Positions 24,411-38,062 of a stretch of DNA of 64,000 nt are shown piece by piece. The stretch is from Dendrobates tinctorius (Eukaryota), in assembly GCF_039654945.1 (NCBI RefSeq), contig NW_027361738.1:77314001-77378000 (forward strand), read 5' to 3'. The notes below the pieces were generated by a model. That model was not told where the DNA came from. It did no database searches and worked only from the letters and a program-made list of their open reading frames with translations. Position 1 is the first letter of the stretch, and the number at the start of each line of letters is the position of its first letter. The translations under genes and the position numbers were made by a program.

Positions 24411-25009
24411 ATCTGTCAGTAATTTTGACCAGGAGAGCCCAAACATTTACATGCCACTATATATTTCCCAAACAAGGTTTTAATCATGAGCTGAGCTATG
24501 CCTGGTTTCCTTTCACTTCCCCAGTTCAGATAAGTCCAGGCTTGGTACATGAAGAGGTGAGACACAAGTGGTAGAGACCATCCATATTTAGGTACAACTT
24601 GACGTGATTGGATGGCTTTTTCACTTTTTGATCTAAAAATGTAAGCTAAGTATCTTACCTTAGCAATAGTGGAGTGCATACATTCATTAGTCGTAGTGTG
24701 CTGATGTGTATATATGGATTTGTATAATGACCACAGTGTATTTGTGTACCTGTGCGTTAATTTAATAAAAGGTGTGTGGGCCCTGATTTTTTCTTTTTGA
24801 GCTCCACCAATTGCATGGTGTGCCACTTATATCATCACCAAAGGACTTTGAAGGTCAACTTAGACACCCATGTGTGTCTGAATATTCAGCAATTTGTTTT
24901 GGACTTTGCCACCATCCAGTTCCTTCAGCTACAATCATCGCTGACATCAAGTCGACAGAGCACTGGCTTTTTATGCATTCTGTTCTATTGACGGGCTGTG
25001 ACTTCATCT

Positions 25010-25480
25010 AGAAAAGGAGGGAAACTAAGAGCTGGAGCATTCTCAAGTGGCAGCAATGAGTCTGGATCTAAATCCCATTGATCACATGTGGAGAGATCTT
25101 AAAACTGCCGTTGGGAGAAGACGCCTTCACATATGAGAGACCTGGAGCAGTTTGCAAAAGAAGAAGAGTGCTCCAAAATTCCAGTTGAAAGGTGTAAGAA
25201 GCTCATTGATGGTTATAAGAACCAATTGATTGCAGTAATTTATTCCAAATGATGTGCAACCAAATGTTTTTGAGGGTGCAGCAATTTTATCTGGACCATT
25301 TTTGCTTTTTCTTTTTGTGAAATTCTGTCCAATTTGTCTTTTTTTCTCTTGCGTTGATCCAATCCACACTAATGAAAATAAATGTGTATGTAACAAAACA
25401 TGTGTAATTGCAATCATTTTTTGGGCGAAATACTTAATTTTCTGGAACAATGACAAGGGTCCCAACACTTTCAACTATAG
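25010..25480 (+). mobile_element. Tc1-like 3' fragment with terminal inverted repeat
   Basis: Degenerate DLNPI..W..LK coding tail. 25340-25475 is the reverse complement of the TIR region at 43655-43830. Confidence 0.75.
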
Positions 25481-26635
25481 ATATACTGTACAGATGTATT
25501 TGATGAGATAGGTGCAAATTTCCAATCTGACTAGGGCTTGCAAGAAGTCACTCTCTTTCTGTATAAAGAACCCTATTCTGTTGTACGTAACTGATTTTGA
25601 GTCATAGACATTTCAGCGCCCCGTGTGAATATCCCGTTAGACATCTAATTTCCGTAATTAATAATTACATTGATATTTCTCCCGTTCCCCTTTCGATTCC
25701 TCTTTGTTACAGCTTTATACAGTTACCGATTGGCCAATTCACACGCATTAGTTCGCAAATCTTCTCCAGCCTCCGCCACCTTTGTATCCTTCGCCCTCCA
25801 GTCTTGTCTGTCACATCGATGATTTATATATTTCAGAGATAACGATGCAGGACATAAAGCAGAACCCTGTGAATCATGGAACCCAAAATGGATTTTGGTT
25901 TTTTTTTATTATTATTATTTCATTCATAAAGGATTTAGTTATCTTGAATTTAAGCAAAGAATGAAGTGTTCGGCTCCAATATCCAATTTGGATAATTCCG
26001 CAGACGTGCACTGAAAAATAAACATATTAAAATGTTAACTTTGAAGTGCGACATTAATATTCAGCAGTATGATTTGGAAATTCCTATTTGCACAATGCTC
26101 CTTTTATTTCTCTCTGTTAGCCGAGCTGAAAATTAAGAATGCATGACATTATTTTGCAGAATATCAGAGTTATTTGCCCAGCTTCTCTTTTTATTGCAAA
26201 TAGATGGATGGTGAATCTTAATAGCTACATTACCTCTGATACATCGGCCGCCGTGTGAATAATCAAAGTTGCTTGCATCTAACACAGTAATAATTTATTT
26301 AAAGGATGTACGCCTCAAGTTGAGGAAAGATGGAAGTGACGTTTCCAAACATTTTTGAAACATTTGCAACAAAATGCATAACATTTTTTTTTTTCTCAAT
26401 TTGCTATTGTAATGTATGTATCAGGGGATGACTTGAGTATAGGGAGAGCATGTACCTGCTTTGTAATTGATGCCTTTGTCATATGACCACTACTTGCAGC
26501 TGCTACTAGAGGGAGCTAGTTCATTACTAGCTGTATAAACCTATGTGCAGAGAGCTCCACCTAGTGGTGGCTATAGGCAGTATATATTCCACACATCTGT
26601 CAAGAGGTGCAATAAGTATGAAAAAGGGCAGGGAT

Positions 26636-26668
<33 letters not shown>

Positions 26669-27093
26669 CTATGGCAACAATACGTTTATACAAGGTAGCT
26701 ACATTTTTTAAAGAAGATATCACATATATTTGGTGTTGAACTTTATTTACATGTGTTGATTCTTAGACGCCAAATTTCCCCATTTATCTTGCACTAGGGG
26801 TGTCAGGGGCTGGGAACCCAGCCGATATAATATAGATCACCTATCCTAAAGAAAGACCATCAATATCAAGGTCCCAGACAACCCCCTTTACACAATTTCC
26901 AAAAACCTTATACATAAACATGGAGCCTCTGCAGCTCAGTATTATGACACCATTGGCACTCATCTTCACCTTCTAATTATGCTTACAATGCAAACTTTCA
27001 TCATTTACCACAACACACATTTCTGCATAGGTGCAATATACCTGCAGGTCTAGAGTAGTTTTGTTAATATCTAGTAATTCTAAGGATATAGAG

Positions 27094-27435
27094 CAGGGGT
27101 GGCCAATTTATTGTGTCTAGGGGCCACATGAGAGATCATGGTTCTTGTGGCGGTCTGAACCAATAGGCTAAAATTAATTTTGCTCAATATTAGTATTAAC
27201 TTATTAATGATAATTATTTTATATTATTTGTATCACAACCCCGCTATATGCACTATGAGCTCACACACAGCCTTTATACACCGTAATAGCCCACACACAG
27301 CCCCCTACATACAGTATGAATCACTAAATAGCCCTTGTATATACAGTAGGAGCCCCCACATAGCCCCTTCTCTACAGTAGGAGCCTCCACATAGGATCTC
27401 TATACACAATATGAACCTTCATATAGCCCCTATAT
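27094..27435. repeat. Probable non-autonomous DNA element end (CAGGGGTGGCCAA, hAT-like) followed by a ~33-bp degenerate tandem repeat
   Basis: CAGGGG terminus and repeated ATACAGTA(T/G)GAGCCCC.CATAGCCCC units at 27240-27435. Confidence 0.5.
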
Positions 27436-27440
27436 ATAAT

Positions 27441-27670
27441 ACTAGCTGAAGAGCCCGGCGTTGCCCGGGCATAGTAATTAACTACGGTTAGTTATAACAA
27501 ATTATAATGATTATATCTATATATAAAGCTGAGTGTATAGCCCCGCCCACTCCGCATAGCCACATTCACTATAATATGCCACATCATCCCGTCGGCCAGA
27601 GCCACCGGACTACTACCTCTAATATCCCACATCATCCCGTCAGCCTACAATAGGAGGCTATTAGGGCTCA
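27441..27670. mobile_element. Possible Helitron/Helentron-type non-autonomous fragments
   Basis: ACTAGCTGAAGAGCCCGGCGTTGCCCGGGC (CTAG next to a GC hairpin) and an A|TCTATATATATAAAG start. The classification rests on terminus pattern only. Confidence 0.4.
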
Positions 27671-29896
27671 TACTGTATACAAAAACCAGGGGAAGAGTCC
27701 ACAGGAGATAATTTGCATATTCCCAGTGCATTCTGGGATAAGCAAAGCGTCTCCGTGAGCTCAAAGAATACTGGATTTTGGCCGCTACAGCTGAAAGGAG
27801 GACATCGGTAAACCGCGCGCCAAAATTTTGTCACGTTTCTTCCTGCTTTCACATCTCATTAACAATAAGAACATGGAAGAGGCCAGGAGCCATTTGGTGA
27901 GCTGCATTTCTTGCTACATGTTCACAGACGTACCAGTAGAAAAACCAAACTTCACATGCCACAAATGCAAGCTTGTGTCCCTGTGGAGAAAAAGTTGCAA
28001 AATCTAGAAGAACAGTTAGCTACATTGAAAATAATTAAGGAAGGTGAAGAGTTCTTAGACAGAGCAGAATTATCTCTTCATGTTACAGAAAGAGTAGAAA
28101 TTCAAAGTGCACCTGAAGAAACAGAGGAATGGAAGCATGTGACCCAGAGAAGCAGGAGGATCGGGAGGCAGTCAGCACCCATACTGCTCAGGAACCAATA
28201 CCAGGCTCTCACGCAGGAGAACTATTAAGAAAGGATAAGACTTTGCCCAAAAACAGCAACCTTGTACGCCTTCAGAGTCCTCCTGGATGGAGAAAGAAAA
28301 ATGTTGTGAAGAAGAAACAGAGAGTTGTGGTCATGGGGGATTCCCTGTTGAGAGGAACAGAGGCCGCTATCTGCAGACCGGATATAACTTCAAGAGAAAT
28401 GTGCTGTCTTCCAGGTGCAAAAATTAAAGATGTGTCTGACAGGATATCAGGACTCTTCAGACCTACAGATGACTACCCATTCCTGCTACTACATGTGGGG
28501 ACAAATGACACCGCAAGAAATGATCTGGAAACCATCTGCAGAGACTTTGAAGACTTAGGCAAGAAGGTGAAAGAACTGGGAGCACAGGTGGTCTTCTCTT
28601 CCATCCTCCCAGTGGATGGCCTTGGAACAAGGAGATGGAATAAGATTCTGCAGGTGAACAACTGGCTACGTTGATGGTGCCGTCAGCAACGATTTGGATT
28701 TCTGGATCACGGAGTGAATTACCTATACGATGGACTACTTGCTAGAGATGGGGTGCACCTTACGAAGACTGGAAAACATGTATTTGGAAGTCGCCTTGCT
28801 ACACTCATCAGGAGAGCTTTAAACTAGAACAATGTGGGAAGGGAAGCAAAAGACCAGAAAAAGCCATACACCTGACAAATGCTATTGAGAACTCTGCTAT
28901 TAGAAGTGGGAGGAAAGAACAAAGACAAAAAAAATCTAAATAATAAAAATATGGGAGAAAGAGAAACCAATCACAAACTAAAATGTTTCTATACAAATGC
29001 ACAAAGCATGGGCAACAAACAAGGAGAACAGGAACTACTAACACAGGAGAAGAAATATGATGTCATTGGAATCACTGAAACTTGGTGGGACGATACACAT
29101 GATTGGAATACAAGGCTAGAAGGATACAACTTATTTGCAAGAAACAGACTTGATAAACGAGGAGGGGGTGTCGCATTGTATGTTAGAAAAGCGTATATCT
29201 GCACAGAGATCCAAGCTTCAGAGACTGGGAGTTTTGTGGAAACTGTTGAAGTTAAAATACAAGGAGAGAACAACAAAAAGGACACCATTATAGGCATTTA
29301 CTACAGGCCACCTGTGCAAGTTGAAGATATGGATGAACTCTTTATGCATCAAATGGCCAAGTTCTCCAAAAAATATGACATAGTAGCAAAACTAACAGGT
29401 CAAGCAAATTCTTATCCTCTCTTGCTGACAAATTTATCTTCCAAAAGGTAGGGGAGAAAACAAGGGGATCTAATCCTTATAAGCAGAGAGGAAATGGTTG
29501 AGGAGCTAAGAGTGGCTGGGACCCTAGGAGGTAGCGACCATCCTATTTTAGAATTTTGAATTACTAGAAGAGGAAGACCTGTGAAGACTCAGACATTAAG
29601 GTTAGATTTCAGAAAGGCAAATTTGAAGGGACTCAGAAAGAGAATTGGAGGGATCCAATGGCTGGATATCCTTAAGGACAAAAATGTCCAGGTTGGATGG
29701 GAAATCTTGAAAAATGAGATTCTCAAAGCACAATCATACTGAAAGAGATAGCAGAAGAAATGTTTTAACCCCTCTCCATAATCTTTGAAAATTCTTGGAG
29801 AACAGGAGAAGTCCCAGAAGACTGGAGACGAACAAATGTTACTATCTTCAAAAAGGGGAAGAAGGTGGACCTAGGGAATTATAGGCCTGTGAGCTT
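27670..29896 (+). mobile_element. CR1 LINE 5' part: ORF1 (zinc finger plus SGNH/GDSL esterase) and ORF2 APE endonuclease, internally deleted
   Basis: ORF1 from ~27873 shows CISC...CHKC, VVMGDSLLRG, LHVGTND and DGVHL. ORF2 shows YTNAQSMGNK, GITETWWD and RGGGVALYV. Ends at GNYRPVS. Confidence 0.92.
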
Positions 29897-32800
29897 TTCT
29901 TATCCTCCTCAGGTCCAGTGCTATGTCTCCACTGCTGCTTCTGGTATCCGTTCTTGTCTGCAGTGCTTACGATGTGACGTAAGAGCAGAGCTGCAGCCAT
30001 TCAATGAGCTAAGCGGTTATGAGCTGCTCGCGCCTTTGGGTTCAGCGATTATCTACAGTGCTATCAACATGACATAAGCACTGCAGACAATAAAAGATAC
30101 TGGGAGCAGTGGTGGAGACTCAGCGCTGGACCTAGGGAGGGTGAGTAAAGCACAGCTTTTTTTTCTTTTAAATGCTGAAGGGGAACAGGGTTTTTTTCAA
30201 AACTGGAAAATTCCTTCAAAGCCCATAGTGTACAACCAATGATATAATAGTAAGCAGGACGCTGAAGTTTTGTATTTTTCTTTCTATGCCTTATTTAAAA
30301 GATCTAGCTCTGCAAAACCCGGTCTGCGGTCCCCGAGGCTCCGAGCGATAAGCCATATTGGTTTGCTGAGCATATTTATTGCTGCGTGCTGCATACTCCG
30401 CTGCTGCTCACATAAATCCTTGACAAAATGCATCTCTCTGGGGCTGAGCCCCATATAACATCCTTAACACTTGCCGTCACGCTCAACAAACAAGCAGAAC
30501 TCCAGAACACAGAGGAAATCAGAGACCGAATAGAGAAAATGTAAATAATCTACGACATGCACAAATGGAGATCACCCGATCGGCAGCGGATCTTAGTCTG
30601 ATGGTAATACTTTAAGGAGTAAATAGAATTTGTATTTCTTGCTATATTTTTACTAAATAAAGAATTTTTATTAGGAAAACATATATATATATATTTTAAA
30701 TCTTAATAGTTTTGTTTATTAGTTGTTAATTATCAGTCCCATTAGTAAACCTGAACCTGTATTGGTGTAATTGCTTACAGAATTCATAGTACACTGCAAT
30801 ACCTCAGTATTGTAGTTCTTCATGCTATCCCAATCAGTATAATTAGAGCAGAATCATATTGATATGTGATACTTCTTAGTACTAGACTTCCCCATCAGTG
30901 TCAGGGTCTAATGGGTGTACTAAGATGGCAGCCATGGGTGCCATTCTTAGGCCTCAGCAATATGAGAAATGACTAGAACTCTTTATCTCTCCTTCCTGTC
31001 AGTCAGGTGGTTCTCTGCGGAGGGCAGTCTTGATGTGGACGGTTGTGTCCATCATGGTGTATTGTGATAGTGGAGGGCAAAGTACAGACGAGATCAGTCA
31101 CAGAAACACAATAATGTTCTACTGGGCAATTTCCAGAACTTCCAGTTCTAGCAAAAAGCAGCACACAAGATTTGATATGGGAATGGCGTAAAATGGGATC
31201 CAGGGGCCAATGCAAAAAAAAAAATTAGACATCTACTTATCTGTATAACGATAGTTGCAAAGATCCAGGACTGAATTATGAGAAGCCCAAGGAAATCAAC
31301 ATCGAAATGATCTCAACAGGCACATATGAGCGGAACAACATTGTGACAGTTACTTAAAAAGATTGTTCAGTGAAAACAGGTTATTATCACCTATCAAAGC
31401 AATAAAAGTCATAAAAGTCTAATCTATCATTATATAAAATTGATTACGGAAAACAGTAAAATGATGTAAAGAGAGAAAAAAAATCAAAATGACGGAATTA
31501 CCTTTTTTGGTCACCACTAGTAATGGGTGAACACGAACGGTAAAGTTCAGGTTCCATACCGGACACCTAGTGTCTGTGCATAGACCCCGAACACAGACTT
31601 CTATCATTCAACAAGCTTTTCCGGTGTGGGAACTTCCAGCTCAGTCACAGACAAGTAAAGTATTGGCAGCGCTGTGATTGGCCGATGCAGTATGTAAAAA
31701 AATAAATAAATACAATTAAAAAAAAAGATGTGGGGTCTCCCTTAGTTTTGATTTAAACAGCAGACAAAAAGGCAGCAACACTTACCTGCCCAGAACTTCA
31801 AACAAATGCACTACAGGGTGCAGCCAGCCCATAAAGCAAGATGTTAGCAACACAGGTACAAAACACCAGATCAACAGCCACTCTCCACCTACCCATTCCT
31901 GGAAGGGGTGACTCATAGGGCGTTGTTGATAACCAGCATAGGTAAAGATGACATCTGTGGACTGCAGCCCTCAGCTGTCAGTTTTATCTTGGCTGGTTAT
32001 CAAAAATAGGTGTCTCCATGCTATATATTTTTTTTAACTATTTAAATAAATAATTGAAAAGAAACAGCATGTCCCCCTCCTCCCCTTTTTGTTAACCAGT
32101 CAAGCTAAAGCACAGCTGAGGACTGGTATTCTCAGACTGGAAATGGGTCATTCAATTGAAAAAAAATCATAATTTAGAGAAATCTTAACCACATAAAGTA
32201 CGTTGTACAAACAAACCCCCACCAACCCCCAAAAAATGACTGTTTTTTTTCACAATTTCACCACTCTTGTAATTTTATTGCTACCATTTTCCGGTACAAT
32301 GTATGTTAAAATGAATGGATTCGTTCAAAACTACAAGTCGTCCTGCAAAACAAAAATAAGCCCTCATACGGACAGAAAAAAAAAAAAGCTAGGATCGCTA
32401 AATGAAGAGGAAGGTTGAAAAAACTAAAGCAAAAAATTGACTGCAAAGGGAACGGGGTTAAACGTTAAAGTTCTGTTGGCAGTGAAAAGGTTAATGCTGT
32501 TTTACTGTCATAACTTCACACATTGGTTGAATCGGGATGATTTTTTTATGCCCTTTAGACACATAGTTAACAAAGATGATATTTCCCTGCATTAAATTAT
32601 ATAGTGTACCTAGAAAAAAAAATAATGAAAATCAGTTTTATAAGAATGGCGTAAAACGCAAATAACTGTAATTTACCTTCTCTTGCTGTCACCGCTGGTA
32701 AATGTGAAAGACAGGGCAAATAGCAGAGAGATAGAGGGGATAATAACACGGAATATTAATGTGCTAAATGTCATCCTCGGTGTACAGCCACCATACACTG

Positions 32801-34019
32801 TGCTTGCCATGCACGAAACGCGTCGTTACATTTTGTCATAACCATAATTAGACTAAATACTGGGGATAACTAATATTCTCCTTAAAGACTCCTCTACCGC
32901 CGCTGCAGCCTTGTGATTGTAATTGGATCTTTTTTTTTTTCTGTCTAAATGTATATGTCAATATATTCTAGGGAAAATATTCCTGATGCTTGACAGAGAA
33001 TTTTAATTTGATGCAAAAAAAAAAAAAATCTGGATCTGTAGAGAAGGTATTTTTGTTCTATCAGACTAATTCTTCATGACAGCAATCAGCAAGAACATTC
33101 AGATTTAAAGCAAATGCTCCCAGAGGGTCCCGGGCAATCCTGGCGCTCTTGATTTAGAGACGTAGCCGGTGTTTAATACACAGCGATGTGGGTGAGACGT
33201 GGCCTATTTCCTGCTGCTAACGCAATTTAATCCATGTAGGTCTACATCGTCAACATTCTTACGGATTAAGACCCGGCGCTGCACATCTCTACGGAAGACG
33301 TTCTCCTCTTAACATGGAAAACCATTTAATACTCCCGTGTTCTCCGATGCAAAATGAAAAAAAAAATATTAAAAGATTTAACGCGATTACAAGGGGAAGC
33401 TTTTGTTTCATTACATCTTCAATCGGAAGATTTTCCCACGCGTTTCTATACATTTACATACCCACAGAAAGCTTCAAGCTTAAAAAAAAGGAGCCGTCCG
33501 CCCTCCAGACGTCTTGGCTTTAGAAAATAATTGTATCTACAGTTTATTAATGACATGTTTTCTTTATAACTGTACGTTGGACGTTTCCTCTGTTATTCCT
33601 CCTGGAAAAGGGAGAATAAATGAACAACTGGATGTTACTATTTTAAGAGTCAAAGGAGGGAGTCCTTGCAACATTTCTCTCGACATGAATGAACTGAATT
33701 GACTTTTCTTTGAATTTCACCTAAAAATTCGAATTCGCCAGAATTTCGCTGAAATGCAGAAAAATCGATTTTCTTGGATCTGCTTTAGGAGTAGCAAGGG
33801 GTTAACAAAACATTTGTACACCTCTTTCCAACCCTTATTTGTTCATCCTCGATGTTGCTCGCCCGATCCGAGGATTTTCATGATGTCATGAGGTTGCACT
33901 TGGCCTAATGAACACTGGAGGCACTGTAGGGCACTGGGAAAAAAGGACAGGAGGGAAGAAGGTGTGAGGAGGGACAAGTGAGGAGGGATAGGTGAGGGCT
34001 GGGGCAAAGTGAGCATATA

Positions 34020-35718
34020 CAGTGGGTGAACTAAGTATTGGACACATCACCAATTTTCAAGGTAAATATATTTCTGAAGGTGCTAGTGACACGAAATTCT
34101 CCCCAGATGTTGGCAACAACTCATCCAATCCACAGAGGCAAAGAAATCACCACAGATGTCCAAAAATTAAGTTATGTGTAATAATGAGAAATTACACAGG
34201 GAAAAAGTATTAAGCATGCTTACTGAAATGCATTTAATACTTTGGACAAAAGCCTTTGTTGGTGATGAAGCTTCAAGACACCTTCTGTATGGAGAAACTA
34301 GTCACAGGCATTGCTCTGGTGTGATTTTGCCCCATTCTTCCATACAAATACTCTTCAAATCCTGACATTTTCGTGGCTCCTTCTATGAACTCTGAACTTT
34401 GGTTCCTTCCATAAATTTTGTAATGGATTCAGGTCAGGTGATTGTGTGGCGCCCCTGAGGGTTCAGTCACCACAGAGGTACTGCACCTCCTCCTGAGTTG
34501 TAGTATCCCAGTCCTCAGGTAAGATGGTAACACCTGACCAGACTCCAGCACCTACATCCAGCACAGACACCTTGGAACAGCAGAGCACCCTTTATGGCAA
34601 CTGCTTTGGTTCATGAAGGGTGCTGGGTGGTGGGTGGAGCTTAGATTGCACTACGAGGGGAAAGCTGACAGGAAATTAGGTCAGAATTCCCAGAGGGGGA
34701 TGGAGAGAGGACATGTTTGCAGCAGCCTCCTGTGAGCTGGAGCTGCTGGCAAGGAAAGAGAAAGAAAGAAGGATCAGTTGTTCAGAAGGAAGATAGAAAA
34801 GGACGGAACATGAGGAGGAAAGAGACTGCGGACTAGGGCTAGAGTAGAGCCCTGCTCTAAGTTAAAAGCGCCAAAGGTCGGGCACTGGTATCCGAGGCTG
34901 TGTGTGATACTAATGATCCTACAGCAGAAACCGGAGGAATAGAAGTTGAGACCACTTTATTACCACCAAAGACTCGACAACACAGCAGCAACGTGTGTGA
35001 GCCGGGACATGATGGTGTGGAGTCCCCGAAGCAAGCTACAGCTGCCTGTCATACGAGTGGAGTCTAAGTAACAGCAAGAAAGAGGAACCTGAGTGTAATT
35101 CATAACTACAAGTACTTCAGATTAGCACTAGACAGGAGACGTTCAGAAAAGGCACATTTGTAAGGGAGTGCTGGAAGGGTGTATTCCATCTGCCTGAGAG
35201 TTGGCTGAGCCCCTGACCTGGAGGCGGCAGCACTGAAGCGGGCACCTGTCTGTGCCAGAAACATGAGTAACACATTGGAACTGCATTCAGCTGTGTCATT
35301 GCCTTCTTCCTGCGCCAACCTACTCAGCACTGCTACATCTCTGGTTCTAAACACTACATCATCTACCTTAATATCTACTGCTGCCCTGGGACTACAGCTC
35401 TGCCTGTAGAGTGCTATTACATCTTTGCTGCACCACACCATCTGTCCCAGAGGATCTGCACTGCAGGGCTGGTCCCCCTTCTGACCAGATACCACAGGCG
35501 GCGTCACAAACTTATCCATATATAAACTTTACTTCCTTCCACCTATTTTACATGGACACCCATGGCCACGGACCGGGTCACCGCCACCGCTACACTTCCC
35601 CTTTAAGACGCCGGCCCGGTACCGAGTAATCCCCACAGCCCTGGGAGGGGGTGCTCCAATTGCTCAGCCATTCTAGCAACTTTATTTTCTTTATCTGAAA
35701 CCAATTGAGAGTTTCCTT
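34020..35718 (-). mobile_element. Tc1-like 3' fragment interrupted by a solo LTR
   Basis: TA|CAGTGGGTGAACTAAGTATTGGACAC terminus. The minus strand encodes a degenerate SPDLNP tail across the insertion. Confidence 0.75.
34445..35658 (+). mobile_element. Solo LTR of the element F family
   Basis: TGTGGCGCCCC...GCTCCA flanked by a 4-bp ATTG duplication. Both ends match the reverse complement of 10620-11907. Confidence 0.88.
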
Positions 35719-35992
35719 GGGGTGGGATCACTATGGAAAATGGGGCAGCATGAGGTGGGTTAATTATGAGAATGGGGCATCGTGGGGTGGGATCACCATG
35801 GAAAAGGGGGCAGCAAGAGGTGGGATTATTATGGGAAAAAGGGGCAGCATGGGGTCAAATCACCATGGAAAAGGAGGCAGTAAAGGTTTGGATCACTACC
35901 GGAAATGGGTCAGTATGGGATGTGATCACTATGGAAAAAGGGGCAGCGTAGGGTGGGATCACTACAGAAAAAGGAGCAGCATGGGGTGGGCT
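35719..35992. repeat. G-rich 33-bp minisatellite (GGGGTGGGATCACTATGGAAAAGGGGCAGCAT-like), ~8 copies
   Basis: Tandem units are directly visible. Confidence 0.88.
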
Positions 35993-38062
35993 CAGAATAA
36001 TTATAATTAATCCCATATGTTCAGTGGGTGATATGTCCTCTCTCCGGAGATGTCTTTATGGATTTTACAATTTTTCTTTACAACAACAACCTTTGATCAC
36101 TCTTCAGCTCCATCAAAGCTTATTACCTTATTGTTTTTTTTCCTTCTTTTTAGTGATCATGGGGATCTGTAATACATATTCATTAAACCATAACCTTATG
36201 AACTCTGCCATCATTACTGTGTTATAATAGTTTTCATGTATGTTCATGTTCACACAGTATATGTATGTTAGAAAAAAACATGAAACAATGAAATAAAAAA
36301 GCAGGTCAGATTTTTGATGGTATTTAGAAATTTTTGTTTTGCTGTAAAGAAATTTTCTACAAATTGAATGTCCTGGGAAAATTTAGCTAAACTGGAAAAT
36401 CCCAAAAGACTGACTCATCTTTAACTGTTACCCTATGTTCTGGATACCTACGATTGATACTGATTCATGACTACAAAGTATCAGTATTTTCTTGTATCTA
36501 TTGTATAAACGTCAATAAAAAGAATTGAAAAAAGTTGAATTTGAAAAAGTTTTTGAACAAAAAAAAACAAAAGCAACAAAAAGAAAATCTGTCTGTGGTG
36601 TTAACAGGTTAAGACATTACCCTAGAAATGTCAGCAACCATGAAAATCTCATGTTCGTTATCCGGGAAAATCAGAGCACAAACAGTAAATTCCGAAATGA
36701 TGCAATATGTTAGAAACACATGTTTTTCCTGAGGCCTCAAACAGAACAGCTACTGTAGTGTGAGAAGAACCTCTGCTGAAAGCCAAGGCTGACCTGGCAA
36801 GCAGAGGCTTAGTGCTGGTGTGAGTTTACAGGGGAACGGTAAGGCTAGAAGCGGAGCCATGTTACACCATCCGTCCTTGTTGAAATGAAAATTTAGCCAA
36901 TGTACACGAGTGAAGATTGCAAAATATTATGCAAGAACCGCGCTCCGAGGTGACTCATCCAACATTGTCATTTATACTTCATAGCTTGATATTAAGCTCA
37001 CAGCGTTACTAAGCAATGCGGCACATCTTGATTGAATTTGATCTATGCACATATTATCCTGAACTATTGAACTTCACTTTTTGCAATCAACAAGACCGGG
37101 GGCTGTCAAGACTGCCGGGGTGAAAAGGACTAATAAATCCGATGGCATTCATAAATTCAAGGTGGCTTTATCATTCCCGGGCATCTTTATTTTACTTTTA
37201 GAAACTTTTCATTTCACTTTTATTTATGTTGCAAATGTTTCCTAAAGTTTACTCACAGGGCTCGAAAATGTCCGTAAAGTAGCTAAAATGGATGAAGAAG
37301 GAAATCCTTCCTAGACAGAGTATAAATGCTCAATAGTATGAATGAAACTCCCAAACAGCTGCATGAAAATGGAGATTCTGTGGTGGCTGTTTATCCTGTT
37401 TCCTTGACGACTTAGATTGTACATTTTCATTACAGATCATTGCAGATTGTATCGAGCAGGCTCAGGATCTGAGCCTGCTTCCTACCCAGCGCCTGTCATG
37501 TCGGACACTGTTCACACCAGGGTGTCCGGCAGACAGCGGTAATACCCTGTTGGGTATTCTGTTCCAGTCGGGATAGGGTTAACCAGGTTGTCATGCTGGC
37601 TGAGGGATGGGCCACGCCCTTGGTCTTTAAATAGTTCGTCCTGACTATGGGCGTCGCCGACTATAGCTTTAGCCTAGTGCTAGCAATACCGGTCAGCAGT
37701 GGTGGTGTTGGAGCGTCTGATAACTGGTGCAGTATATCCCTCAGTGGTTCTTTCTCCAATCTGTTATATATATATTTGGTTGCCCTTGCACATTATTGTA
37801 TTCCCTTGTGTATTAACTGTGTGGTGTTTCTTTTACCCCTGTCCATACGTATTTGTGGGGTCTGGTGTCTGGTCCCCTCACTGGGTGGAGGGTGGTGGGT
37901 TCAGCTTAGGGCTGGACAGGAGACAGGGACAGGGTGGAGGCTCAGGCAGGCACACCTTCAGTGTAAACCCTGGGTAGAGGGACAGACAGGGTTCCCCTAG
38001 TCTGAGGGACATCGCAGGGGTCCTGGGGTTTCTGCCTAAAGTAACCTAGGCATACCATGACA

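Noticed and set aside
28129-28674. Host GDSL lipase/esterase gene
   Set aside because: The esterase domain is the known ORF1 component of CR1 LINEs. It lies directly upstream of the CR1 endonuclease and contains stops.
37455-37479. 11-bp hairpin AGCAGGCTCAG/CTGAGCCTGCT beside the element B insertion site, sharing 8 bp with the frameshift stem
   Set aside because: It is a single short coincidence, and a similar motif occurs at ~45925 unrelated to B. There is no basis to claim targeting.
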